Virus record (IMG/VR): IMGVR_UViG_3300010340_000980
DNA length: 64,000 nt
DNA from: an uncultured virus (IMG/VR IMGVR_UViG_3300010340_000980)
Taxonomy: Duplodnaviria > Heunggongvirae > Uroviricota > Caudoviricetes
Direction: 5' to 3' (one strand)
Shown here piece by piece: positions 1 to 11,107 of this stretch. A model generated the notes under the pieces. That model did not search any database, had not been told where the DNA came from, and saw only the letters and a list, made by a program, of their open reading frames with translations. The position numbers and the translations under genes were made by a program. How positions within the stretch are numbered: the first letter of the stretch is position 1; each line of letters opens with the position of its first letter.

Positions 1-598
1 TAATATAATTACAATCTGTAAGTGATGGTCTAGCATCTGGTGAGTTAAGAAGACCTGCTATAAAATTTCGTGGATTAGCAAAATCCATAGAATATCTATC
101 TAAAAATGTTTTTTTAGGCATCATAACTTCGCCATATGTGAAATAAAATTCAATCTCTTTAAATGGGTCGCCATAAATATAGACATCTTCATATAAGTGA
201 TTTCCAATGAATTTATAGTGTTCATTAGATTTTTGACCAAATTCACCATCCCCGCGAGTCCATGCCTCATAAGATGTCTCTTTTACACAAAGAGACAAAC
301 CATCAAATTTAGGAGTGATTATAACGATTTCGTTTTTAGATATGCCTTTAAGACGACACCAATCGTCAATATCTAACATAGATTTAATCTTATTCATTGA
401 AGCCATTTCAATAGGAAGGCGACTTTTACGAGATTCATCTTGAATCTCATGTCCTACTATATTGAGTAGATCATTATTTGGATCCAAACTTCTTAATTCA
501 TCAATAAGAATATCATATTGAGAATCTGACATAATTGGTTTTCCAGTTCTATATAGATGATTGGCTTCTTTAATTTTACTAATAAGTTTTTCTATCAT
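1..598 (-). CDS. ligA: NAD-dependent DNA ligase, N-terminal part (runs off window)
   Basis: Translated by hand from ATG at 598: MIEKLISKIKEANHLYRTGKPIMSDSQYD..., KFDG adenylation motif, RGDG, GEV. Not in the ORF track because it is truncated. Confidence 0.9.
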   Translation of the reverse strand, partial: MIEKLISKIKEANHLYRTGKPIMSDSQYDILIDELRSLDPNNDLLNIVGHEIQDESRKSRLPIEMASMNKIKSMLDIDDWCRLKGISKNEIVIITPKFDGLSLCVKETSYEAWTRGDGEFGQKSNEHYKFIGNHLYEDVYIYGDPFKEIEFYFTYGEVMMPKKTFLDRYSMDFANPRNFIAGLLNSPDARPSLTDCNYI

Positions 599-613
599 TT
601 TTAAGTATTTAAG

Positions 614-621
614 CAAATGTA
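614..621 (-). promoter_or_regulatory. Bacteroidota-type -7 promoter element (TACATTTG)
   Basis: Matches TAnnTTTG just upstream of ligA. Same element at 1271-1278(-), 13621-13628(-), 16911-16918(+), 29057-29064(+), 31987-31994(+), 32277-32284(+), 61875-61882(-), 61951-61958(-). Confidence 0.6.
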
Positions 622-634
622 AGGATTAATTTTA

Positions 635-1024
635 TTAATTCAATAGTTCATTTAATTTATCTTCTCTTTCCCATTGAAGTGTTACATCTTTACAAGGAGG
701 TAGTCCAGTGAATGGACTCGTTATAAGAAAATTATCTAATGTAACATTTTTATTAATAATTGGATTAACAATATTAATATTTTCAATCCAAGTCCATTCG
801 TATTTAGTATCTTCTGGATTATCACCAAAATGAAGTAGTTTATTATGATAAATTTTAACTAAAACACTTTCTTTTGTATATGATGCCGGGAAAGTTTCTC
901 TTTTAACCCAACAAAAATTAGGTTCTATAAAAATAAAATCTCCTTTATACAAAACAAATTCATCAAACTCACCATTAGATGTGTAAGAGATAGAACAATC
1001 TTTTATGATCTCATAGACTTTCAT
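635..1024 (-). CDS. hypothetical protein
   Basis: 129 aa ORF ending in REDKLNELLN. Confidence 0.7.
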   Translation of the reverse strand: MKVYEIIKDCSISYTSNGEFDEFVLYKGDFIFIEPNFCWVKRETFPASYTKESVLVKIYHNKLLHFGDNPEDTKYEWTWIENINIVNPIINKNVTLDNFLITSPFTGLPPCKDVTLQWEREDKLNELLN

Positions 1025-1257
1025 AATAGTTCTTCGAGATTTTTATTACGATTATAAGTTTTCTCATCATACACTTCAATCACATACCCATCAATTTTAA
1101 ATTCTGAGGCCCAAACATCATATCCTCTTTTGTAATTAGGATTTTCCTCTAAGACTTTATCAATAGCTCCTTGTTTCGATTCTGAAACTATAGTAAAATT
1201 TGGTCTTGGACCACTATACCAACCACCATCATTGAATGTGACTACCCAGATTTTCAT
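1021..1257 (-). CDS. hypothetical protein
   Basis: 78 aa ORF ending in RNKNLEELL; TATCTTTG upstream. Confidence 0.7.
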   Translation of the reverse strand: MKIWVVTFNDGGWYSGPRPNFTIVSESKQGAIDKVLEENPNYKRGYDVWASEFKIDGYVIEVYDEKTYNRNKNLEELL

Positions 1258-1342
1258 AAAAAATTTTATACAAAGATAAGAAAAAAAACATTACGTGAGA
1301 AAAATCGATTAATTAATATATAAAAAAAATTAAAGCCTAATT

Positions 1343-4300
1343 ATGCCAATTCAAAGTTCATTTGTAACGGTAGCTAATCAAATAACCGCATATAATAAAA
1401 ATATTGTAGAAACTCTATCTAAAATCAATGCTTTATCTACAACGAAGGAGCCATCTGTTGATGTTCAAATAATTGATGTTGAGGGTGTATTAAGAAGTTA
1501 CAGTTTGCCTTCTTTTACATTTTTAAAAACAGAGATTGAAAGATTAAATAATTCAATTAATTCACTTTATAGTATAGATACTGCTGGTGCTTTAATTCAA
1601 ACATCAACATCAAATAAATTTAAAAAAATAATTACAGTTGATTTAAATAGAGAGCCTAACCCAATTAATGACTTAGGTTCTATTACACAATTTAAATCTC
1701 AGAAGAATTGGTTTTTCGATTCTATGTTAAATCCTGCTTTATTTATAGAGTTTGATTTAAGTAATAAAATTGAAAATAATGTTAGAAAGACATTATCTAG
1801 AAGATATATGATTGATTTTAATAAAGATGCTGATGGTAATTTTACAAATTTAGGACAATCTGCTATTAATAGTTTTAATCAATTATTTAGAGGTAAAAGT
1901 GACGTAGATATTCAAGATTTTGAAAATTGGCATAGAACTACTCCAGGCATTGTAAGCCCATTGGAACCTAATTATGATGAACAAGTTTTTGATTTAGAAC
2001 CCAATGTTCTTTTATACGATGGTGTTTTTAATGTAATTACTATTGAAGAGGATACTTTAAATAGAAAATTATGGTATCATTTAAATACTTTGGATTATCT
2101 AATAAATGAAACTCTAGAAGTTAAACAATTGAGTATTAATGATGAGTTAATCATTAACCAAGAGGTTTCAAATACTCGTTATAAAATAAAAGAGGTTTCA
2201 AATACCGAATCTAATTTCAGAATCACAGTTGAAAGAATTGAAGGTTTACAACCTATTCCAGTTGGAATAGGTACATTGAAGGTTTACTCACCAGTTGTTT
2301 ATAGAAAAAAGTTAAAAATAAGCGTTGGTTATAATGAGAGAAATGTTATTTTCTTAAAGCCCATGAATGCTGATAACAATCTTATGGCAAAAGATTGGTC
2401 AAGAGGGACAGCATTTTATACAAATGATTTAAGATTAAATTCAACAGATAGTGAGAATGGATCAACTATGGAACAGTTCTACATAGATTATGTTTATGAT
2501 TATGGTGAGGTTTTACAAGATTTAGTATCTAAAAAAACACCTAATAAATTAGCTGGTATTCCAAATATTGCGACTCTAAATTTAGAAAATTTTAAAGTTG
2601 TTCAAATTAATAAACATTTAACAGATACCTCAGATGCTAATCTTATAAAGACTAAACATAACTACACAGTATCTCTTAAAAATGAAATTAGACAAATTCA
2701 AGAAGCAATTGATGATAGAAATAAAAAATTAAAAGTAACTAGATTTACTTCTAAATCTGCTGAAAAACAGTTTTCACAAGAAATTGTTGAGTTAAATAAT
2801 AAAAAAAATTCGAAATCTAAATTACATGCTAGTACTGTACAAGAAATAATTAATTTATCAAGATCTAATACTTCAAAAGTTGAACCTAAATATAGATTAA
2901 GAGGATTCTGGAATATACCAGAAGCTGTTATCACTAGAGGAACCTTACCACAAGAAATAATTCAATTTAGAGTTCAGTATAGGTATATTTCTAAAGATGG
3001 AAAAGAACCGAGTGTTGAGACATTTAATATAAAGGAAAATAATCAACAAAAAACGGCAGCTTTTTCAAATTGGACAGAATTTAAAACAGATGTTAGAAAA
3101 AGAACATTTGATAAATCAACTGGAACCTACAAATGGCAAATTGAAGATATTGAGAATGCTGATACTCCTAATATAAATCAATTAGATATTCCAATTAATG
3201 TTGGTGAAAAGGTTGAAATGAGAATTAAATCTGTATCAGAAGTTGGATGGCCAGAATCACCAGTTGAATCAGATTGGAGTGATATTTTAACTTTTCAATT
3301 TCCTGATGATTTAAATAATGTTTTAAATGATAATGATTTCATATTAAAAGAAGCTTCTAAGGAAGATGTGAAAGTTAGTATGCAAAATGAATTAACTGCT
3401 AGGGGACTAGACGAACATCTTTCCGAGACTGCGGTTATTAATAATAAAACATTTCATCACAGTGCTGATAAAATAGTATCTGGATTTAAAGATGATAATG
3501 GTGTTATCCTTGATCTTTTAGAATATTTAACAAAACTTGAAAATAGAGTTAAATCACTAGAAGAGAAAATTAAACGAGCTAAAGGCGAACTTGAAATTGT
3601 TATTATTAGAAATAATCAAGAATTTGTTATTAAAAATAATTCTGAGACATCATTTAATATTGAACTTGAGGAATATTTAGAATCATTCTCACAAACTGGT
3701 GTTAAAACTGGTAGAGTTTATGAAAATAATATTTATGTAATTAAAGATTTTGTAATTAGAGTTAAAAATAAATCTGTTGATTCATCTTTGGGTTTATTAT
3801 CAAATAGAGAGTATACTGGATCTGCTATTTATAATTCTGCTGCTCCACAAGTATTTTGGGTTAATAATCAAGATGAATTACTATTCAGTGATATAAGTGG
3901 AAGTAGTAAAACTCAACTAAACAATCAGTTTATATGGGCTTTGAATTATGATAGTGTTACTCAAACTAACCTAGTTAAGTTGAGTGAAAATATTGGAAAT
4001 AGCTTTACCACACTTAATAATAATTCTTTAACAAATATATTAGGATTGAGTGAATATAATTTAGGATATTCTGAAAATACATCTATTTCATTTATATCAA
4101 GTAATAACTCACTTTTAGATACAACGAAATGGGTCGATTCTGTTGAAAGTGTTGGATCCACTGAGAAACTATTATCAACAATACATCCAGTTGTTAGTGA
4201 TTTGGATAGCCTAGTTGAGAGTAATGATGAAAAAGTTAAGTCAATATCTGGTGGATCGGAAGTTATAGTTCCTTTACATATTTATTTTAAAATGAATTCG

Positions 4301-4507
4301 TTAAGTAATACTAAAACCGGTAAAAATTATGAATACATTGATTTGAATAAAAGTAAGAGAACAGTCAAACATATAAAAATTATCAAGTTTTTTATTGAAG
4401 ATGAAAATCAAAATAGACCTTTTATTTTTTCACTTAAATTCACACTAAATAGAAGTAAAGTGACATTTGCTGCTAGACCAAAAACGTTTAATACTATTGT
4501 TAAATAA
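1343..4507 (+). CDS. large putative virion structural protein
   Basis: 1054 aa with coiled-coil segments; AATATATA upstream; translationally coupled to next large ORF. Confidence 0.55.
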   Translation: MPIQSSFVTVANQITAYNKNIVETLSKINALSTTKEPSVDVQIIDVEGVLRSYSLPSFTFLKTEIERLNNSINSLYSIDTAGALIQTSTSNKFKKIITVDLNREPNPINDLGSITQFKSQKNWFFDSMLNPALFIEFDLSNKIENNVRKTLSRRYMIDFNKDADGNFTNLGQSAINSFNQLFRGKSDVDIQDFENWHRTTPGIVSPLEPNYDEQVFDLEPNVLLYDGVFNVITIEEDTLNRKLWYHLNTLDYLINETLEVKQLSINDELIINQEVSNTRYKIKEVSNTESNFRITVERIEGLQPIPVGIGTLKVYSPVVYRKKLKISVGYNERNVIFLKPMNADNNLMAKDWSRGTAFYTNDLRLNSTDSENGSTMEQFYIDYVYDYGEVLQDLVSKKTPNKLAGIPNIATLNLENFKVVQINKHLTDTSDANLIKTKHNYTVSLKNEIRQIQEAIDDRNKKLKVTRFTSKSAEKQFSQEIVELNNKKNSKSKLHASTVQEIINLSRSNTSKVEPKYRLRGFWNIPEAVITRGTLPQEIIQFRVQYRYISKDGKEPSVETFNIKENNQQKTAAFSNWTEFKTDVRKRTFDKSTGTYKWQIEDIENADTPNINQLDIPINVGEKVEMRIKSVSEVGWPESPVESDWSDILTFQFPDDLNNVLNDNDFILKEASKEDVKVSMQNELTARGLDEHLSETAVINNKTFHHSADKIVSGFKDDNGVILDLLEYLTKLENRVKSLEEKIKRAKGELEIVIIRNNQEFVIKNNSETSFNIELEEYLESFSQTGVKTGRVYENNIYVIKDFVIRVKNKSVDSSLGLLSNREYTGSAIYNSAAPQVFWVNNQDELLFSDISGSSKTQLNNQFIWALNYDSVTQTNLVKLSENIGNSFTTLNNNSLTNILGLSEYNLGYSENTSISFISSNNSLLDTTKWVDSVESVGSTEKLLSTIHPVVSDLDSLVESNDEKVKSISGGSEVIVPLHIYFKMNSLSNTKTGKNYEYIDLNKSKRTVKHIKIIKFFIEDENQNRPFIFSLKFTLNRSKVTFAARPKTFNTIVK

Positions 4508-7500
4508 TGAAAAGCTTTTCACTACTCAGAACAAATGTTGGATTGACAACGAATGTCAAGGTTATTTGTGATTCAAAATATAATTTATATCTTGAAAGCA
4601 TAGATTCTGCTCCAGAATTATCTATTACAAAATTAAAAAAAGTACAATTTAACAAAAATAATTTTTATGATGAATTAGTGCCTTATTTTTTTAAAGATTT
4701 TCCTAGTGATATTGCTTATCAAATTTCATACTCTGGTGATAATGATAATATGTCATTAGATTTTTCAAACCAATATGATGATTTATATCAAATGGGTGCT
4801 AAAAATATTATTGATAATAAAAATTATATTGAAGAATATGAATATTTTGCTCCTCTTTATATTTTTAAAGAATCTTGTCCCAAATACTTTATAGTTTTTA
4901 GGATTGATGGTCCCGGATTGACTGACTTAAACTCTACTAATTTTAGGGAAGAATTTTTAACAAAATTTAAAACAGTAAAGCTTTTCGATTTAACAAAAGG
5001 TTCCTCCCTAGGGGAATGGATTGATAGAAATTTTAAAAATAATTTATCATTTCCTAATTCTTCTTTAGAGATAGATTTTAGAAATTTAGAATTTTCAAAG
5101 TGGATAGGAATTGATTACGATTCAGGTGGGTTTACTTATAAATCTAGATTTTTAGAAAATTCATTAGAACAAGAAAATACTTTATTTGATTTTGAAAAAT
5201 TCTTTTTCGATGGATATAAGACAAATAGAGTTATATATCCACAAATTATAAATTTTTCATTTCTTTTCGATGATACACCAGCAACACCAACGTCACTTAG
5301 AAAGTGGTCTCTTAATAGATATTCCGGTTTTTATTTGGATGATTTAGAATTAATCGATTGTATAACTCCTTTTATAATGCCTACTCTTAAACCAGATATC
5401 GAAATATTAGATGAAAATGTTTTATATCATGTTGATGGAGATCCATTTTTAATTGGGTTTAAAGATGATTTAGATATGTGGGTTGAATATAATGGAGATT
5501 TTTATAAAGTTGAAAAATTTATAGAAACATCGACTAATATTTTAAGTGATAATATTTCTAAAAATCCAACAAAACGTGTTATAAATGAAAAGATAAATAA
5601 AACTGAAGTTTCAAAATCTTTAAAACAAGAAACTGTTAAGAAAGAAGAATATATGACAGTTAGTACAACTAAATATAGAATTATTTCTGAATTAGACTTA
5701 CAGGGTAAAGAATCTGAATTAAATCAAAAAACTTGTTATGTAAATTCCGATAATCAAATAATTAGACTAAATGGATCTACATATTCAGTACCATCTTTTG
5801 ATAATGGTGATATTAATTTAATTGAAATAGATGGATTATATCATAATTTATTATATGAGGAAGGATATTTAAAAATTAATTCTGACTATGGATTTAATTT
5901 TAGAGATTCTTATAGATTTGAATATTATATAAATTCACCTGATCCAAACTATTATAAATTTGTTGATTTAGTAGTGACTAAAGATAATAAACCTAAGTGT
6001 TTTAAAATTTATAGAGCTAAATTTACTGATATTAAAGATTTTGATACACAGATTATTGATAATGAGTTTTCAAAATATGAATATGAAAAAGGAAACACAT
6101 TGACAGATACAGAAGAAACTAAAATGTATACAACAGATTTGAGAATAAATTCTAATCCTCCAAATTTTAATGATTATAATTATAATAACGAAGTTGTACT
6201 TATGCCAACTTCATCAGATTATACAGCTAATTTGGAAACATTTAGAATAGTTGATGATAGTTTGTCTGAAATTTGGAGAAAAAATCCGATATATTGTAGA
6301 TTTGGTTTTCAAAACTCTATATCTGCACATGATTATCCATACTTATTAAATAATAATGATATACATGAAAATTTTAATAGAACTACTGATACATTTCAAG
6401 TAATTCCTGATCGTAAGTCTAGAAATTTAGATTATTTTTATACTATAAATTCTGGAACAATATCTTATTTACATCATAGTTTACATATTGAGAAAAATTA
6501 TACATCACAAGATAGTTCTTTTAGATTTGAACTTGATAAATATTTAAATACTTATACATATTCTTTAGGAACTTATTCTTTTGATTATTTTGTATATTTA
6601 TTTGGTTCAACACAAAGCTTTTATAATAATCAAATAGTTAAAAACGTTAAAAAGTATTCATATTTTGATTATGGTGATAAGTCAAATCCTAATACAACAC
6701 TATTTAGAGGTTTGAAATTTAAAATATTTGAAGTAGATAGTATAATAAAAGATGATGTTTCAATCGAAAATATAAATCTTTCAACATCAAATAAATTTGA
6801 TAATTATAAATTTTCAATTTTACTAAGTCAAAATTTACAAGGTATTAATTCAGATAATGAGTTATATGATACCGTTGATTGGGGGTATTTTATAAATAGT
6901 CAAGATAATAGTGGTAATTTATCATTTAGAACATCTAATACTGCTACACCAAGTAATATTAAAGTTGGTGATAAAGTTGAAATAAGACAGTTTTATCCAG
7001 CAATTAGTGAATATAATGGGATATCAACAGTCACATCTGTTGGATCATTATCATCGGGTGGCTATGGATTTGTAACTGATAAGGTATTTGGACCGTCATC
7101 ATCTATTTCTGGATATTATAAGGTTAATTTTCAATGGAAAACTATAAAAAATTGGGAATTAGATTTAGAATATAGTTTAAATGACTATGTTTTATATGAT
7201 TATGTCTTATATAAAGTTAATGCTAATCATATAATAACTGATCCTAATATAGATCCTACTATTAGTAGTTATTATGATGTTACGACATTAGAAGTGCCAT
7301 TTTGGAATCCAAATATTTCTTATGGTAAAAATGATTGGTGTTATAGAGACGGTGAATTTTACATAAGAAATGATATTGATAATGGTATAGATTTTTGGCA
7401 TACAACTAAATCTTACCCAATTAAAGGTAGTATCGTTTCTTGGAAAGGAAGATATTATAAAAGTCAGGATGTTAATTTATTGAAAATAAAACCTAATGAT

Positions 7501-8769
7501 AATAAAAGAGGTAATGATATAAGTAATGATTTAAATAAATATTGGAAAGAAGTTCCAAATCCAAGAGATTGGTATGCTTATGATGAGAATTTTTCTGATA
7601 TATTCGTAGATGATTTATGGGATAAAGCCCCAGTTTGGGATAATAATGAATATTATTTTTCAGATGATTATGTTTATCATCAAGATACTTTATATAAATG
7701 TGTAGCTGATCGTGTTAGTACGGAATTGGGTGAAGATCCATCTAAATCTTCAAATTGGATAAGGGTTTATAGCTTTGAGCCCGATACCGATTTTATTTAT
7801 TCACCATCATCAAATCCAATAATATTAATAGGTGATAGTTATTATTTATGTACATTTAATCGAGAATTAACACTTGATAGTGGAATTACAATTTATATTA
7901 ATAAAAAATGGAAAAATATATTTATTAATATAAATATTAATGATAATACTATTGATAATATTGATAATAGTGAAAGAGATAATTTATATATTAATACTAA
8001 CTCAAGAATAACAGCTTCTAATTTTATTAGACAAATAAATGATTTAGATTCAAAGTATGATTTTTCAGATTATACATCATATGTTATCATAGAAGAAGAT
8101 GGGTCTTTCAAAAAATATGATTTTAATAATATTGAAAAATTACCATATTTAATAATATGTGAAGAACCTGATAGTTTCGAATTAAAAAATGATACACTTG
8201 TTTATAAATCCAATACTTTAAGTAATAATAAAATTAAGCCTTTAAAGTATTTAGTTGATGGTAATATTGATACAATTGATAAATTAAATTATTGGAATGA
8301 TATTCCATTAGGATGTGAAATTGATAGAAATAACAATGAAATACCTTTTGGTGATAATTATAATGGCAAATCTAATATTACAATTAGTAAAAATGCGACA
8401 ATAAAACCAAAGAGTAATGCGAATTTATCTGAGACTTTTTATAGACATAGTGGAAACTATATGCCTATATTTTATGATATAAATTTATTTAAATCATCAG
8501 GAGAATATGATAGTTTAATAGGAAATTATAAATTTGATGAATCATTAACATTTTTTGGATTAATGAGAGAAAGAATAATATCTAAGATAAATAGAAAAAG
8601 TAATATTTTAAAGCTAAGAGATGATGATAGTTTAAAATCAATATATCCAATGGTTGATGAATTTGGATATACATTTTTAAATTTTTTTATATTCAAATCA
8701 TCATGGGATTTTAATTATCATATTGAGTGTGAACAACCTAACACAACAGTTATAACAAATAGAAAATAA
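4507..8769 (+). CDS. large putative virion protein with CBM5/12-like W-x(4)-Y-x(3)-D-x-V-x-Y repeats
   Basis: 1420 aa; repeats WELDLEYSLNDYVLYDYVLYK, WNPNISYGKNDWCYRDGEFY, WHTTKSYPIKGSIVSWKGRYYK, WDNNEYYFSDDYVYHQDTLYK. Confidence 0.6.
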   Translation: MKSFSLLRTNVGLTTNVKVICDSKYNLYLESIDSAPELSITKLKKVQFNKNNFYDELVPYFFKDFPSDIAYQISYSGDNDNMSLDFSNQYDDLYQMGAKNIIDNKNYIEEYEYFAPLYIFKESCPKYFIVFRIDGPGLTDLNSTNFREEFLTKFKTVKLFDLTKGSSLGEWIDRNFKNNLSFPNSSLEIDFRNLEFSKWIGIDYDSGGFTYKSRFLENSLEQENTLFDFEKFFFDGYKTNRVIYPQIINFSFLFDDTPATPTSLRKWSLNRYSGFYLDDLELIDCITPFIMPTLKPDIEILDENVLYHVDGDPFLIGFKDDLDMWVEYNGDFYKVEKFIETSTNILSDNISKNPTKRVINEKINKTEVSKSLKQETVKKEEYMTVSTTKYRIISELDLQGKESELNQKTCYVNSDNQIIRLNGSTYSVPSFDNGDINLIEIDGLYHNLLYEEGYLKINSDYGFNFRDSYRFEYYINSPDPNYYKFVDLVVTKDNKPKCFKIYRAKFTDIKDFDTQIIDNEFSKYEYEKGNTLTDTEETKMYTTDLRINSNPPNFNDYNYNNEVVLMPTSSDYTANLETFRIVDDSLSEIWRKNPIYCRFGFQNSISAHDYPYLLNNNDIHENFNRTTDTFQVIPDRKSRNLDYFYTINSGTISYLHHSLHIEKNYTSQDSSFRFELDKYLNTYTYSLGTYSFDYFVYLFGSTQSFYNNQIVKNVKKYSYFDYGDKSNPNTTLFRGLKFKIFEVDSIIKDDVSIENINLSTSNKFDNYKFSILLSQNLQGINSDNELYDTVDWGYFINSQDNSGNLSFRTSNTATPSNIKVGDKVEIRQFYPAISEYNGISTVTSVGSLSSGGYGFVTDKVFGPSSSISGYYKVNFQWKTIKNWELDLEYSLNDYVLYDYVLYKVNANHIITDPNIDPTISSYYDVTTLEVPFWNPNISYGKNDWCYRDGEFYIRNDIDNGIDFWHTTKSYPIKGSIVSWKGRYYKSQDVNLLKIKPNDNKRGNDISNDLNKYWKEVPNPRDWYAYDENFSDIFVDDLWDKAPVWDNNEYYFSDDYVYHQDTLYKCVADRVSTELGEDPSKSSNWIRVYSFEPDTDFIYSPSSNPIILIGDSYYLCTFNRELTLDSGITIYINKKWKNIFINININDNTIDNIDNSERDNLYINTNSRITASNFIRQINDLDSKYDFSDYTSYVIIEEDGSFKKYDFNNIEKLPYLIICEEPDSFELKNDTLVYKSNTLSNNKIKPLKYLVDGNIDTIDKLNYWNDIPLGCEIDRNNNEIPFGDNYNGKSNITISKNATIKPKSNANLSETFYRHSGNYMPIFYDINLFKSSGEYDSLIGNYKFDESLTFFGLMRERIISKINRKSNILKLRDDDSLKSIYPMVDEFGYTFLNFFIFKSSWDFNYHIECEQPNTTVITNRK

Positions 8770-8771
8770 AT

Positions 8772-9467
8772 ATGCGAAGAAATTATATATCACCCGAATT
8801 TGAATATAAAAAAGTTTTTGGAACTCTTAATATGAAAGAAGAGTCAACATTTTTCGGATCGAAAATGTTGGAGATTGATGATATAGTAGAGGTAAATAAT
8901 CAGGGAATAATTTTTTATCAAAATTCTAAAAATGAACAAATAGATTTAGATATTGAAAAATCATTGAGTCCTGTTGTATATTCTGCTAGTGATGATAAAA
9001 AGATAAATCATACTTTGGTAATAGACGATTCACAGAGTGAGATTCAACGAAATAACTTAACAAAATATATAATTACTATAAATTTAAAAAGTATTTTAGA
9101 AAATTATATCTTCGCAACACTTAAACAGTATAGAACATTTGAAGGCGTTAAAAATACAATGTGTTATACAAAAGATGTTAATTTTTCAATTAAGGAATAT
9201 GTTATTAAAAATATATTAGATAGATATAAATTTGATAAAGTCGAATTATATATTAGATATATTGATCTTAGAGAGCAGAATGTTAGAAGATTTGTAAATA
9301 CTTGGTATACATCTAATGATATTATATCCAGTGAGTATTTGAATAATAAAATACAAACAGATACAGAGTTTAACCAATCGAGTGTTCAAGTTTTGTTTAA
9401 TCAAGAAAAAAGTAGTCAACAATACTCATTTGAATATTATTTTAAACTTTTTTGGGTTAAACTATAA
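8772..9467 (+). CDS. hypothetical (probable structural) protein
   Basis: 231 aa ORF in the same operon. Confidence 0.6.
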   Translation: MRRNYISPEFEYKKVFGTLNMKEESTFFGSKMLEIDDIVEVNNQGIIFYQNSKNEQIDLDIEKSLSPVVYSASDDKKINHTLVIDDSQSEIQRNNLTKYIITINLKSILENYIFATLKQYRTFEGVKNTMCYTKDVNFSIKEYVIKNILDRYKFDKVELYIRYIDLREQNVRRFVNTWYTSNDIISSEYLNNKIQTDTEFNQSSVQVLFNQEKSSQQYSFEYYFKLFWVKL

Positions 9468-9475
9468 AATAGAAT

Positions 9476-9856
9476 ATGAGTAAAGATGATAACTCAAATT
9501 TAATTAAACTATTTAAATTATTTAAAAATCGACCAAATCACTTAGTTAGATTTCTTTTAGATAATGATGCTTTAAATGATAAGTTTATAAAGAATGTTAA
9601 AAACAATTTAAAACTATCAAAAGATATTCAAGAATCTGATTTAAATAAATCTTTTGATTCTATTGATGATTTAAAAGATCATTTCTCAATTTTTGTTAAT
9701 GATATTGAAACATCAAAAAAGAAAAAAAGTAAAAATGAGATAATTGAAGAATTAAATTTTAAAATTAAAGATGCTGTTGAAAATGAAAACTATGAAGAAG
9801 CAGCTAGAATAAGAGACTATATGATTAGAAATAATTTAAAAAAAAATAAAATATAG
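9476..9856 (+). CDS. protein with C-terminal UVR (UvrB/UvrC) coiled-coil motif
   Basis: AVENENYEEAARIRD. Confidence 0.7.
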   Translation: MSKDDNSNLIKLFKLFKNRPNHLVRFLLDNDALNDKFIKNVKNNLKLSKDIQESDLNKSFDSIDDLKDHFSIFVNDIETSKKKKSKNEIIEELNFKIKDAVENENYEEAARIRDYMIRNNLKKNKI

Positions 9857-9912
9857 AAAACTTATTAAAACAAAGGTATATAAAAACAAGTTAATCGCTA
9901 AAATAAAAGAAT

Positions 9913-11028
9913 ATGATAGAATCAGAAGTATTAAACGAAAAAAATATTCAGAATGACTCTGAATTTTGGGCAAATTTAGAATTTGAGCAAGCAAAAAGAA
10001 AAAATCAAAAAATAAAAAGTAATGATCCTGAAATTTTAAAAATGGATAAAATGTATGAAGATTATTTTATACAAGTTCCAATTAAAAATTCAATTATTCA
10101 AGGTAAGTATGAAGGAATAAACTCTGATCAACATTGTTTTTCCGTTAGGGGATTTAAAGATTATGTTAGAGTTGATAACCGACCTAGTGAAAGTAAATAT
10201 CTTAAAAATACAAATATCGGTGATCTTATTGATGTACTTATTATAAATGTAAATAATAATATTTACATGATTGAAGGATCAATTGCTAATATTTATGAAA
10301 ACGCTGCTCATGCATCTTTAAAAGCTTTAGATGAAAATGTTGTAATAATGGCTAATATTAAATCTACAAATCCAGCTGGATATGATGTTGAGATATTCCA
10401 TGATGGGATTACATTAGCAGGATTTATGCCAAATACTTTAGCTGGTATAAATAAGTTATATGATCCAGAATCAATTGTTGGTAAAAATCTTGAAGTCATG
10501 GTTGAATCTTTTTCAAGAGATGAAGGTACATATATTGTTAGTAGAAGAAAATATTTAAAAACACTTATTTCTTCGGCTATTGAGTCACTTGAACAAGGAA
10601 AGGTTTATTCAGGCCATGTAACAGGCACAACACAATTTGGAGTATTTGTTGAATTTAATGAATGTCTTACAGGAATGATTCACAAGGCTAATGTTAATCC
10701 GGAATGGCAAGATAAATTAAATCAAATTAAACCTGGATTTCAAATAGATTTTTATGTTAAAGAGATTGTTAAAGATAAAATTATCTTAACTCAAATATTG
10801 AGAGAGACTCTATGGGATAATATTAAAAATGGTCAATTATTAGATGGTCGAGTTAGAGATATTAAACAATTTGGAGCTCTTATTTCACTTGATGAAGAAA
10901 CTATGGGACTTATACATACTTCCGAATTAGAAAAAATTGGTAAGAAGTTTGTTGCTGACCAAGATATAAAGGTAAAAGTCTTAGCAGTAGATCGACAAAA
11001 TCGAAAAATATTTTTAACAGTTGCATAA
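9913..11028 (+). CDS. ribosomal protein S1-like multi-S1-domain protein
   Basis: S1 repeats GHVTGTTQFGVFVEF..GMIH and GRVRDIKQFGALISL..GLIHTSEL..VKVLAVD. Confidence 0.8.
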   Translation: MIESEVLNEKNIQNDSEFWANLEFEQAKRKNQKIKSNDPEILKMDKMYEDYFIQVPIKNSIIQGKYEGINSDQHCFSVRGFKDYVRVDNRPSESKYLKNTNIGDLIDVLIINVNNNIYMIEGSIANIYENAAHASLKALDENVVIMANIKSTNPAGYDVEIFHDGITLAGFMPNTLAGINKLYDPESIVGKNLEVMVESFSRDEGTYIVSRRKYLKTLISSAIESLEQGKVYSGHVTGTTQFGVFVEFNECLTGMIHKANVNPEWQDKLNQIKPGFQIDFYVKEIVKDKIILTQILRETLWDNIKNGQLLDGRVRDIKQFGALISLDEETMGLIHTSELEKIGKKFVADQDIKVKVLAVDRQNRKIFLTVA

Positions 11029-11032
11029 TCTT

Positions 11033-11061
11033 AAAACCCACTCAAATGAGTGGGTTTTTTT
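11033..11061 (+). terminator. intrinsic terminator
   Basis: aaaacccactc-aaat-gagtgggtttttt. Confidence 0.85.
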
Positions 11062-11107
11062 ATGCTTAATCAATAAAATAAACAAATAGAATATAATTAC
11101 ATACAAT